A DNA stretch of 64,000 nt from Sporosarcina sp. (GTDB lineage Bacteria > Bacillota > Bacilli > Bacillales_A > Planococcaceae). The position numbers and the translations under genes are program-made. The DNA lies in NCBI GenBank assembly GCA_029257435.1, contig JARIBI010000120.1, forward strand, positions 3,564 through 67,563, given 5' to 3'. A model generated the notes under the pieces. That model did no database searches, was not told where the DNA came from, and was given only the letters and a program-made list of their open reading frames with translations. This document shows positions 1-7,826 of the stretch, piece after piece; positions within the stretch are counted from its first letter, which is position 1; each line of letters starts with the position of its first letter.

Positions 1-1
1 T

Positions 2-211
2 CTTGCGGCGATGGCGCTTGCTAAAGGGGGGCGTCCGATTGACCAGAACGGCAGATGGTATACGGATGCAAATATTGACCAGTTATTGTATTCCCGCCAC
101 TTCGCACAAAAAGTGCGTCAAGCTGGCGGACGTTTAAAAGGACCTAAAAAACGCTCCGTTGAACAGAACGAAGCGTTTCAAAGCAGTCTAACGAAACTCC
201 TATCGCAGTAA
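2..211 (+). CDS. YaiI/YqxD (UPF0178/DUF188) family protein, C-terminal part (5' end outside window)
   Basis: Open frame from nt 2. The sequence LAAMALAKG...G.WYTDANIDQLLYSR..AQKVRQAGGRLKGP...F..L.KLL resembles the YaiI/YqxD C-terminus. Confidence 0.7.
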   Translation, partial: LAAMALAKGGRPIDQNGRWYTDANIDQLLYSRHFAQKVRQAGGRLKGPKKRSVEQNEAFQSSLTKLLSQ

Positions 212-276
212 ATGCGTAAGCGTTTCGTTTAGGCTTGTACTCATATTGCACGGGTTGGCTGCATATCCTGATTCCG

Positions 277-576
277 TCAAGGTGTAATTTGTAAAACACA
301 TAGATCGGTATCGGTTTCTGCAAACAAACTATGTTTTTCAAATGGAGCCATGTGAAGGATATTTTCTTCTGAAACCGTGACCGGAGTGCCTTCCACGATA
401 AATCGAACTCTTCCTTTTTTTACAATGATCAGAACTTCCTTGTCTGAGTCATGCTCAGCAACTTCCTCACCAGCACGCAATTGAATATTCAGTACTTTGG
501 CATTTGGAATTGCACATACTTGTTCGACCGATTTCGCTTTACTGTTTAGTTGGCTTGGCGTTTCAATAAGCTTCAT
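277..576 (-). CDS. Cupin domain protein (~99 aa)
   Basis: Cupin motifs (LRAGEEVAEH...E.LIIVKKG; HMAPFEKHSL). ATG at 576 follows the RBS AGGAGAGG; the track's longer start is unlikely. Confidence 0.8.
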   Translation of the reverse strand: MKLIETPSQLNSKAKSVEQVCAIPNAKVLNIQLRAGEEVAEHDSDKEVLIIVKKGRVRFIVEGTPVTVSEENILHMAPFEKHSLFAETDTDLCVLQITP

Positions 577-700
577 GATTATCCTCTCCTTTTGTTTGAA
601 TCCATCAGACCGGCACCCGCAATTTTTTATTTGCAAATACGTCTTGTTGAACTAAGTGTACAAGACTCTGAGATGGTTTACTCGTTTTTTGTTTGATAAC

Positions 701-726
701 GTTTACGTTTACTTGTTTTAGGAAAT
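701..726 (+). promoter_or_regulatory. SigB-like promoter upstream of bpsA
   Basis: GTTTAC-N14-GGAAAT versus SigB consensus GTTTAA-N12-14-GGGWAW; lies ~20 nt before the AGGAGG RBS. Confidence 0.45.
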
Positions 727-757
727 TAGTGAACTAAAGACAATAGGAGGTCCGCAC

Positions 758-1834
758 ATGCCCCAAATTTTATCCGTGAGTACTCATTTACCGCCTAATC
801 TTATTAAACAAGAAGAAGCCGTTGAACTATCGCGTTCCGTTTTCAGTGGACGGTTCAAAGATATTGAACGGCTATTAACTGTGTTTCAAAATGGTGATAT
901 TGAACAGCGAAATGTCTGTATGCCGCTCGAGTGGTATGGGAGATACCATGATTTCGAAGAACGAAACGAGTTGTACATAACACATGCGATTGAATATGGA
1001 ACTGCTGCCGTCACTGCGTGTCTGGAATCTGCTATGCTAGATCAGAAAGTCGACTGCAAAGATATCGATGCTATTATTTTTGTTTCAAGTACCGGCATTG
1101 CAACCCCTAGTATCGATGCTCGTATTATGAATAATCTACCCTTCCGTGATGATGTAAAACGTATTCCCCTTTGGGGTCTTGGCTGTGCGGGGGGTGCTTC
1201 CGGGTTAAGTCGGGCAAATGAATTCTGTATGGCTTATCCGGAAGCAAATGTCCTTGTCCTTGCAATTGAATTGTGCAGTCTTACTTTTCAGAAGGATGAT
1301 TATTCTAAGAGTAATCTCGTTGGGGTCTCGTTATTTTCAGACGGAGTCGCCTGCGCATTAGTTGCCGGTGATCAATCCCGATTACGCTCCAAGGAAGCAC
1401 GGCCATCGATTGTTGCAACGACATCCAAGCTAATGCCTGATTCTGAAGATGTTATGGGGTGGGATGTGAAAAATAGCGGATTGTACGTTGTTTTCTCTAA
1501 AAGCATTCCTGTCATCATTAGCGATTGGCTCGGTCCTTTTGTTCATCAATTCTTAAACAAGAACAACCTCAAGGACAAAGATATTTCCCATTTCGTCGCA
1601 CATCCTGGCGGAAAAAAAGTGTTAGAAGCGTACGAAGAAGCACTGAACTTTACTAGTTCAATGACGGAGATTTCAAGAAATGTATTACGGATGAACGGTA
1701 ACATGTCGTCCCCTACGGTCCTTTATGTTTTGAAAGAATTCATGGAAGCGAAGCCTGCAAAAGGGGAATACGGTGTACTTGCTGCACTGGGGCCAGGATT
1801 TTGTGGAGAACTGCAGCTGCTGAAATGGGAATGA
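758..1834 (+). CDS. bpsA: Type III polyketide synthase (chalcone synthase-like, alkylpyrone/alkylresorcinol synthase)
   Basis: Cys-His-Asn triad motifs GLGCAGG, AHPGG and GNMSS; C-terminal ALGPGF; RBS AGGAGG. Confidence 0.92.
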   Translation: MPQILSVSTHLPPNLIKQEEAVELSRSVFSGRFKDIERLLTVFQNGDIEQRNVCMPLEWYGRYHDFEERNELYITHAIEYGTAAVTACLESAMLDQKVDCKDIDAIIFVSSTGIATPSIDARIMNNLPFRDDVKRIPLWGLGCAGGASGLSRANEFCMAYPEANVLVLAIELCSLTFQKDDYSKSNLVGVSLFSDGVACALVAGDQSRLRSKEARPSIVATTSKLMPDSEDVMGWDVKNSGLYVVFSKSIPVIISDWLGPFVHQFLNKNNLKDKDISHFVAHPGGKKVLEAYEEALNFTSSMTEISRNVLRMNGNMSSPTVLYVLKEFMEAKPAKGEYGVLAALGPGFCGELQLLKWE

Positions 1835-1835
1835 G

Positions 1836-2375
1836 GTGGATGATGTGTTCTTCTGGATTGTAATTTCAATCGTCATCCTTCAGCGACTTGCAGAATTATT
1901 CATTGCTAAAAACAATGAAAAACGAATGAAAGCCCAAGGTGCCTTCGAAGCTGGAGCACGTCACTATCCGGCAATTGTACTGCTGCACACTGCTTTCTTT
2001 GTATCCTTACTGCTAGAAGTACTCATTCGAAAGCCAGCACTGTCTCCAATCTGGGGCATCCTATTGACAATCTTCCTGCTCACACAAGTGCTGCGGGTGT
2101 GGTGTCTTGCCTCTCTCGGGAAGTATTGGAATACCAAGATTATCATTCTTCCCGGTGCTGACGTCGTCATGAAAGGTCCTTATAAATTCATCCGACATCC
2201 CAACTATATGATTGTTGCGACTGAAATCCTCGTCCTGCCAATGATATTCGGCGCCTATATCACAGCCATTGTCTTCACTTTGCTAAATGCCTGGATGATG
2301 TCCGTCCGAATTCCTCAAGAAGAACAAGCATTGAAAGACGCAACTAATTATAAAGAGAAATTTTCATTGAAATGA
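1836..2375 (+). CDS. bpsB: Isoprenylcysteine carboxyl methyltransferase family protein (BpsB/YpbQ)
   Basis: Hydrophobic protein with GPYKFIRHPNY and RI..EE.AL ICMT motifs; directly follows bpsA as in B. subtilis. Confidence 0.9.
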   Translation: MDDVFFWIVISIVILQRLAELFIAKNNEKRMKAQGAFEAGARHYPAIVLLHTAFFVSLLLEVLIRKPALSPIWGILLTIFLLTQVLRVWCLASLGKYWNTKIIILPGADVVMKGPYKFIRHPNYMIVATEILVLPMIFGAYITAIVFTLLNAWMMSVRIPQEEQALKDATNYKEKFSLK

Positions 2376-2377
2376 AC

Positions 2378-2415
2378 AAAAGCAGTGGCCTCATGTTTTG
2401 GGGTCACTGCTTTTT
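2378..2415. terminator. Bidirectional intrinsic terminator between bpsB and the NhaC gene
   Basis: AAAAGCAGTGGCC...GGTCACTGCTTTT hairpin between convergent genes. Confidence 0.8.
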
Positions 2416-2420
2416 GCATA

Positions 2421-3821
2421 TTAAGAATGGGATTCTTTTGCTGAGTCTTCGTACGTCAATGTTTTACCTAAGAGACTGAACACTACCGTCAAAATTGGTG
2501 AGAACAGACAGAAGAATGCAAATCCGAAATAATCGCCTACAGGCACACCTAGGACACCCGAGATGAATATCCCGCATACACTCCATGGGACGAGCGGATT
2601 GACAACTGTCCCTGCATCTTCCATCACTCGGCTTAAGTTTTTACTCGCAAGACCTAATTTTTTAAATTGGCCTTGGAATGCCTGCCCTGTTAGCAGAATC
2701 GATAAATATTGTTCACCAATCAAGACATTAATGCTTATTGCTGTTAACGCAGAAGCGCCAATTACAGAACTTGCTGAACGTAAGGATTGTTCGACTTTGG
2801 AAAGTAATGTTTGGACGATTCCTAACTTAAATAGCAGTCCCCCCATTGTGAGAGCTAAGATGACAAGTGTGATTGTGAAGAACATACTGCTAATACCGCC
2901 GCGACTTAGTAAACTATCTACAGCTTCTACACCTGTTTCGGATTTGAATCCGTCAAATAGAATGCCAAACACTTTTGAAACGCTGTATACATGCAGCATA
3001 CAGCCGATCAAGACGGCTGATGCTGTGCTTGTTGCAAGCGTCAGCAGTGCCGGGACTTTCAGCAACGTCAATAGGATAAGTAAGACTAACGGCAGGAAGG
3101 ATACCCAGTGAACCAGGCCCGTTTCTGCAAGTGCTTCACGAAATGATTGGATAGTATCTAATTTCGCATCCCCCGCCGATGGAGAAAGCATCGCAAAGAT
3201 TCCAAAGGACAGGACAAATGCCGGAATGGTCGTCCACATCATATTTCGAATGTGGGTGAACAAATCGACACCTACAATCGATGATGCCAAGTTCGTCGTA
3301 TCCGAGAGAGGAGACATCTTATCTCCAAAGAATGCACCTGAAACGATAGCTCCTGCAGCAATCGCTGGTGATAGACCGAGCACGCCTGACATACTGAGCA
3401 GTGCGACACCCACCGTAGCAACAGTCGTCAAAGAACTTCCGATCGATATCCCGATTATTGCGGTTACCGTGAACGCAATTGCATAAAAATAAGAAGGGGT
3501 GATGAGCAGAAAACCAGCATTGATCAAGCTTGGAATGGTTCCACTCATCATCCAGCTGCTAATGAGCATGCCAATGAAGAAGAACAAAAATACTGCGCCC
3601 ATACCGGCACCGGAACCTTCTGTCATTCCATCTTGGAGATCCCGGTAGGAAATCTTTTTGAGCAGTCCATATCCAATGAGCAGTAAAATGGATGCCAAAA
3701 TCGGTAGATGGGGAACAGCTCCAAATCCGATAATACTTGCGCTGATCATCCCGACAATCAACAGGATCAATGAAAGAGACTCTAAGAATGTAGGTTTAAG
3801 TAATGGTTGAATGTGAAACAT
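2421..3821 (-). CDS. NhaC-family transporter, probably a tyrosine transporter (TyrT-like)
   Basis: NhaC motifs GAFFGDKMSPLSDTTNLAS and SRVMEDAGTVVNPLVPW; ATG at 3821 after GAGGAGG; T-box upstream. Confidence 0.85.
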   Translation of the reverse strand: MFHIQPLLKPTFLESLSLILLIVGMISASIIGFGAVPHLPILASILLLIGYGLLKKISYRDLQDGMTEGSGAGMGAVFLFFFIGMLISSWMMSGTIPSLINAGFLLITPSYFYAIAFTVTAIIGISIGSSLTTVATVGVALLSMSGVLGLSPAIAAGAIVSGAFFGDKMSPLSDTTNLASSIVGVDLFTHIRNMMWTTIPAFVLSFGIFAMLSPSAGDAKLDTIQSFREALAETGLVHWVSFLPLVLLILLTLLKVPALLTLATSTASAVLIGCMLHVYSVSKVFGILFDGFKSETGVEAVDSLLSRGGISSMFFTITLVILALTMGGLLFKLGIVQTLLSKVEQSLRSASSVIGASALTAISINVLIGEQYLSILLTGQAFQGQFKKLGLASKNLSRVMEDAGTVVNPLVPWSVCGIFISGVLGVPVGDYFGFAFFCLFSPILTVVFSLLGKTLTYEDSAKESHS

Positions 3822-3849
3822 GGCGGTGTCCTCCTCGTCTTTTGCGTAC

Positions 3850-4085
3850 AAAAAAACTCCATTCGTCCCCTATAACAGGGACGAAGGAGTTCTCCGCGGT
3901 ACCACCCATGTTGATAAGCTGACATCGCTTATCCACTTCATTGGATTCAAAGATTGCTTGTTGACGTAATTCATAAACGAAGTGCCTGGACTTACACCAT
4001 CTATCCAGTCTCTGGTTGCTGCTTGCTTCGTTCACTACTGCATCATCACTTTGAATGACTATTTACTTTTCGGTTTGAATGATTA
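3850..4085 (-). promoter_or_regulatory. T-box riboswitch, probable Tyr (UAC) specifier
   Basis: Stem I has AGUA, AGAGA and GGUG motifs and GAA-U-UAC-G (UAC at 3966-3968). T-box GGGTGGTACCGCG at ~3895-3907 is followed by a terminator hairpin and U7. Confidence 0.9.
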
Positions 4086-4090
4086 TTGAA

Positions 4091-4118
4091 ATCTTACCAT
4101 GACTTTAAAGTTTGTCAA
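4091..4118 (-). promoter_or_regulatory. SigA promoter of the T-box leader
   Basis: TTGACA-N16-TAAGAT with extended -10 TG. Confidence 0.7.
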
Positions 4119-4132
4119 GTTATACAATATAT

Positions 4133-4885
4133 CTATCTAGGTTCACAAGCCATGCCGTCTTTGTCTCCGTCTAAACGTACGCTATAGGCGGGGTGACCTT
4201 TTTTTACACCTGTTGGATATACTTTCCGGAGCTCTGTACAATTAGCAAACTGTTCCGTTGTGTTTGAAACAGGCTTTTTGGTATTCGTTTTTGATGAAGT
4301 ATCCCCTTTTACAGAATATGTGCTGCTGTCGAATCCACGATCGGTTGCGTAATCTTCTAACGTCCAAATTCCGATGCCTTTTTTCTTCGCTTCGTTTTGA
4401 ACTTTTTCATACTCATCCAGATGGCGTGTGTTCGGCGGATAGACATAAGCCACCCGAGCAAGCCCCTCAGACAATAGTTTCTCTTGAACGCTTTCTCCGT
4501 CTATATAAATATAAGCAAGTAACCGATCGTATTTATCATATTTCTGTCCGATATCAAACTCTATCTCAAGCTTTCCGCTATTCATCAATTCCTGGTTACG
4601 TCTCTTCGCTTCTTCTCCAAATGGCTGTTTCCCAAGTCTTGGATGATTGGTCTCTGGTGTATCGATGAGTAAATACCGGACATTCGTTTCTTTGCCTTCG
4701 TACATGATTTTTATCGTATCGCCATCAATCGTCTTGACTAATTCAACAGGAATCAGACCATCCCTTGTTGGCGCTGTGTCTTCTTCTTGAAAGAAAAGAT
4801 AGTAAGCGCCTGCTAGCAATACAGCAATTATCAGTGCGGATAGACTCCCTTTTCCCTTGCCTTTTTTACTCGTTCGCTGTGCCAT
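4133..4885 (-). CDS. Membrane-anchored/secreted thermonuclease (SNase family) with C-terminal Excalibur Ca-binding domain
   Basis: Basic N-terminus plus TM helix; IDGDTI, RYLLIDTPE, YDRLLAYIY and GLARVAY motifs; FANCTELR...LDGDKDGMACE. Confidence 0.88.
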   Translation of the reverse strand: MAQRTSKKGKGKGSLSALIIAVLLAGAYYLFFQEEDTAPTRDGLIPVELVKTIDGDTIKIMYEGKETNVRYLLIDTPETNHPRLGKQPFGEEAKRRNQELMNSGKLEIEFDIGQKYDKYDRLLAYIYIDGESVQEKLLSEGLARVAYVYPPNTRHLDEYEKVQNEAKKKGIGIWTLEDYATDRGFDSSTYSVKGDTSSKTNTKKPVSNTTEQFANCTELRKVYPTGVKKGHPAYSVRLDGDKDGMACEPR

Positions 4886-4984
4886 AATTATTCAGTCCCC
4901 ACTCATTTGTTCATTCTTCCTAGTTTACCAGGTTGTTGGACGAAAGAAAAGCAGCTGTCTCATGGACAGCTGCTAGTACTCATT

Positions 4985-7024
4985 TCATCGATCCCAATGG
5001 CGGTGTTCTGCCACTGCATTTACAAATTCTTGGGCGAAACTATCATTACTCGCCAGTATCACTCCCGCAGTCTCTTTCACATCGGAGTCATCTGCGAATT
5101 CTTTGCCTTTTGATAAAATACCGATTGGTTTAAAATGTTTATACGCTTCGTTGAGGAAGTCAACCGTATCCATTTTGAACTTTTGAGGATTTTCAGCTTC
5201 TCCCCCTGCTGCTACAATTGCATCATACAGGACAGCATGCATCGTCAAGAACGTTTCATCCACTTCCGCTTCCAGACCATTGACGCCAGTCACAGTGCCG
5301 TATTTTTCACTGATTAAGTCCACATTCATTCCTGCATTCAAACACTCTTCTACGATAGTTTCTACCTCTTTATCATCGAATTGGTTGCCAATCAGCACAC
5401 CAACCTTTCGCGTATCAGGTAGCTTCGCTTTGTGCTCTTGGCTTAATGCAGGTGAACTTTTTGTAACGGTGCTTTCTTCACTGGCATTTGGTGCGTGTAC
5501 CCCTACGGCATGGGCAACAGCTGAAGCCAATCCATTATCTACATGGCCAAACATGTCCACGACTTGCTGACGAATATCTTTGTTTTTCACTTTACCGACT
5601 TCAAAGCTGAACGCATCGATAATATGCTTTTTCTCTACAATCGACATACTGTTCCAGAACAATTTCGCTTGAGAGAAATGATCTTTGAAAGAATCGCTGC
5701 GAGTTGCGACTTTGCGCCCGTCGACTTTTTCCTGATAGTGAACGTATCCGCCCTCTTTTTCTGTTGAAACAGATGGGGAATTATCAGCTAATGAATTTTT
5801 GTGATAGGCTACCTGACCTGTATTAATCGTCTGACGGCCATAACCATCCCGCTGATTATTATGGAAAGGGCAAACAGGTCGATTAATCGGCAGCTCATGG
5901 AAATTTGGACCGCCTAAACGGATTAGTTGTGTATCTGTGTACGAGAATAGACGGCCTTGCAATAATGGATCATTTGAGAAGTCAATTCCCGGCACTACAT
6001 GACCTGGATGGAATGCCACTTGTTCCGTTTCCGCAAAGACATTATCGACATTTCGGTTCAGCGTCATTTTCCCGATAATCTTCACAGGAACGTCTTCTTC
6101 CGGCCATATTTTAGTAGGATCGAGAATGTCGAAGTCGAAATCGAATTCCTGTGATTCTTCAATGAGTTGAACTCCGAGTTCCCATTCAGCAAAGTCTCCA
6201 TTTTCGATTGCTTCCCATAAGTCTCTTCTATGGAAATCAGGGTCTTTACCACTGATTTTCTGGGCTTCATCCCAAACGAGTGAATTAACGCCTAATTTCG
6301 GTTTCCAATGGAATTTCACGAAATGTGATTTTCCTTCTGCGTTCACAAATCGGTAGGTATGTACACCGAACCCTTCCATCATGCGAAAGCTGCGGGGAAT
6401 TGCACGGTCAGACATGTGCCACATCACCATATGTGCAGACTCTTGGTTATTAGCAACAAAGTCCCAGAAAGTATCATGTGCAGAAGCGGCTTGCGGCATT
6501 TCGTTATGAGGCTCCGGTTTAACAGCGTGGACTAAATCCGGAAACTTAATCGCATCCTGTATAAAGAAAACCGGCATATTGTTACCGACTAAATCATAAT
6601 TTCCTTCGTCTGTATAGAACTTCACAGCAAATCCGCGAACATCCCGCACTGTTTCAGCAGAACCTTTGCTGCCTGCTACTGTTGAAAATCGTGTAAAAAG
6701 AGGTGTTTTCTTGCCTGGTGTCTGTAAAAAATCGGCTTTTGTATAGGCACTCATAGATTCGTACAATTCAAATTCTCCATGAGCTGCATACCCTCTCGCA
6801 TGGACAACCCGCTCCGGAATCCGCTCATGGTCAAAATGCGTCATCTTTTCACGAAAATGGAAATCTTCCATAAGTGTGGGACCGCGTTCACCGGCTTTCA
6901 ATGAATGTTCATCCTCAGATACTTTAAGACCTTGGTTTGTTGTTAATGATTCGTTTTTATCTTCTGCTCGAAATGTCTCAAGCTGACGGTGTTTTTTGTT
7001 TTGTTTTTCATTTTCGTTATGCAA
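4985..7024 (-). CDS. katE: Large-subunit catalase (HPII/KatE type) with C-terminal DJ-1-like domain
   Basis: RVVHARG (distal His) and RLFSYTDTQ (proximal Tyr). Likely TTG start at 7024 after GGAGG; the track's GTG at 7057 sits only ~6 nt after the -10 box. Confidence 0.95.
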   Translation of the reverse strand: MHNENEKQNKKHRQLETFRAEDKNESLTTNQGLKVSEDEHSLKAGERGPTLMEDFHFREKMTHFDHERIPERVVHARGYAAHGEFELYESMSAYTKADFLQTPGKKTPLFTRFSTVAGSKGSAETVRDVRGFAVKFYTDEGNYDLVGNNMPVFFIQDAIKFPDLVHAVKPEPHNEMPQAASAHDTFWDFVANNQESAHMVMWHMSDRAIPRSFRMMEGFGVHTYRFVNAEGKSHFVKFHWKPKLGVNSLVWDEAQKISGKDPDFHRRDLWEAIENGDFAEWELGVQLIEESQEFDFDFDILDPTKIWPEEDVPVKIIGKMTLNRNVDNVFAETEQVAFHPGHVVPGIDFSNDPLLQGRLFSYTDTQLIRLGGPNFHELPINRPVCPFHNNQRDGYGRQTINTGQVAYHKNSLADNSPSVSTEKEGGYVHYQEKVDGRKVATRSDSFKDHFSQAKLFWNSMSIVEKKHIIDAFSFEVGKVKNKDIRQQVVDMFGHVDNGLASAVAHAVGVHAPNASEESTVTKSSPALSQEHKAKLPDTRKVGVLIGNQFDDKEVETIVEECLNAGMNVDLISEKYGTVTGVNGLEAEVDETFLTMHAVLYDAIVAAGGEAENPQKFKMDTVDFLNEAYKHFKPIGILSKGKEFADDSDVKETAGVILASNDSFAQEFVNAVAEHRHWDR

Positions 7025-7063
7025 GCTGGTCCGCCTCCATTCAAGAATATCAGTCACAATTCT

Positions 7064-7088
7064 ATTCCCGAACAGATGCTTATTAAAC
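7064..7088 (-). promoter_or_regulatory. SigB-type promoter of katE
   Basis: GTTTAA-N13-GGGAAT, a full consensus match; katE is SigB-dependent in B. subtilis. Confidence 0.8.
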
Positions 7089-7095
7089 TGTAACT

Positions 7096-7455
7096 CTAGA
7101 AAAAAGATCCGCTACTATAGCCTGCGTATACAAATATCATTCCCAAAACGACTGAACCTATCATATATCCGATAGCTTTCATCATCTGCTGAAGACGCAC
7201 CATTCCCAAAACTTCCTTTAGCCAAGTTGAAAACGTCGTCAAAGCTCCCGCAACTCCGGATACCAGGAAAAAGGTTAACGGAACAGACAGCTCCAGACCG
7301 AATACAAAACCAATGATCAGGCAGCCAAGCATGTTGACCAGAAGCGTTCCATAAGGAATTTGTGCATTTATGTTCAACTTTCTAGATGCCTGGTAACGAA
7401 TAATTGCACCAATGAAACCGCCTGCTGCTACAGCGGCTAGTTCGAATCCTGTCAT
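7096..7455 (-). CDS. crcB: Fluoride channel Fluc/CrcB, second of pair
   Basis: GGFIGAIIRY, GTLLVNMLG and G.AGALTTFST motifs; start overlaps the upstream stop by 4 nt. Confidence 0.88.
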   Translation of the reverse strand: MTGFELAAVAAGGFIGAIIRYQASRKLNINAQIPYGTLLVNMLGCLIIGFVFGLELSVPLTFFLVSGVAGALTTFSTWLKEVLGMVRLQQMMKAIGYMIGSVVLGMIFVYAGYSSGSFF

Positions 7456-7826
7456 GCTGCCTGCCTCCTTCCGCCAAGACGAAATCCAAATGCGCCTGCG
7501 AACAATCCAGCTGCTAAACTGCCGCCGCCATAAAGCAGCGCCATTCCAACATCAGTCTGCAAAAGCAAAAAGGTTTCATAGCTGAAGGAAGAGAATGTAG
7601 TGAATCCACCCAAAAATCCAACCGTTATGGCGTCATATATTGTTTTGTTAACAAGCGTCCAATGAAGAGTTTTTTCTACAAGAAAACATAAAATGAACGT
7701 ACCTGCGATGTTCGCACCAAACGTGCCGACGGGAAATCCATTTGAAACAGGGACCAGTAATCCGAGCAGCGTTCTTGCTAATGCCCCGAGCGCACCCGCA
7801 GCACCTATCGCTAAAATTGTTCTCAT
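7452..7826 (-). CDS. crcB: Fluoride channel Fluc/CrcB, first of pair
   Basis: GAAGALGALAR, FPVGTFGAN and GFLGGFTTFSSF motifs; ATGA overlap with the helicase stop. Confidence 0.9.
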   Translation of the reverse strand: MRTILAIGAAGALGALARTLLGLLVPVSNGFPVGTFGANIAGTFILCFLVEKTLHWTLVNKTIYDAITVGFLGGFTTFSSFSYETFLLLQTDVGMALLYGGGSLAAGLFAGAFGFRLGGRRQAA

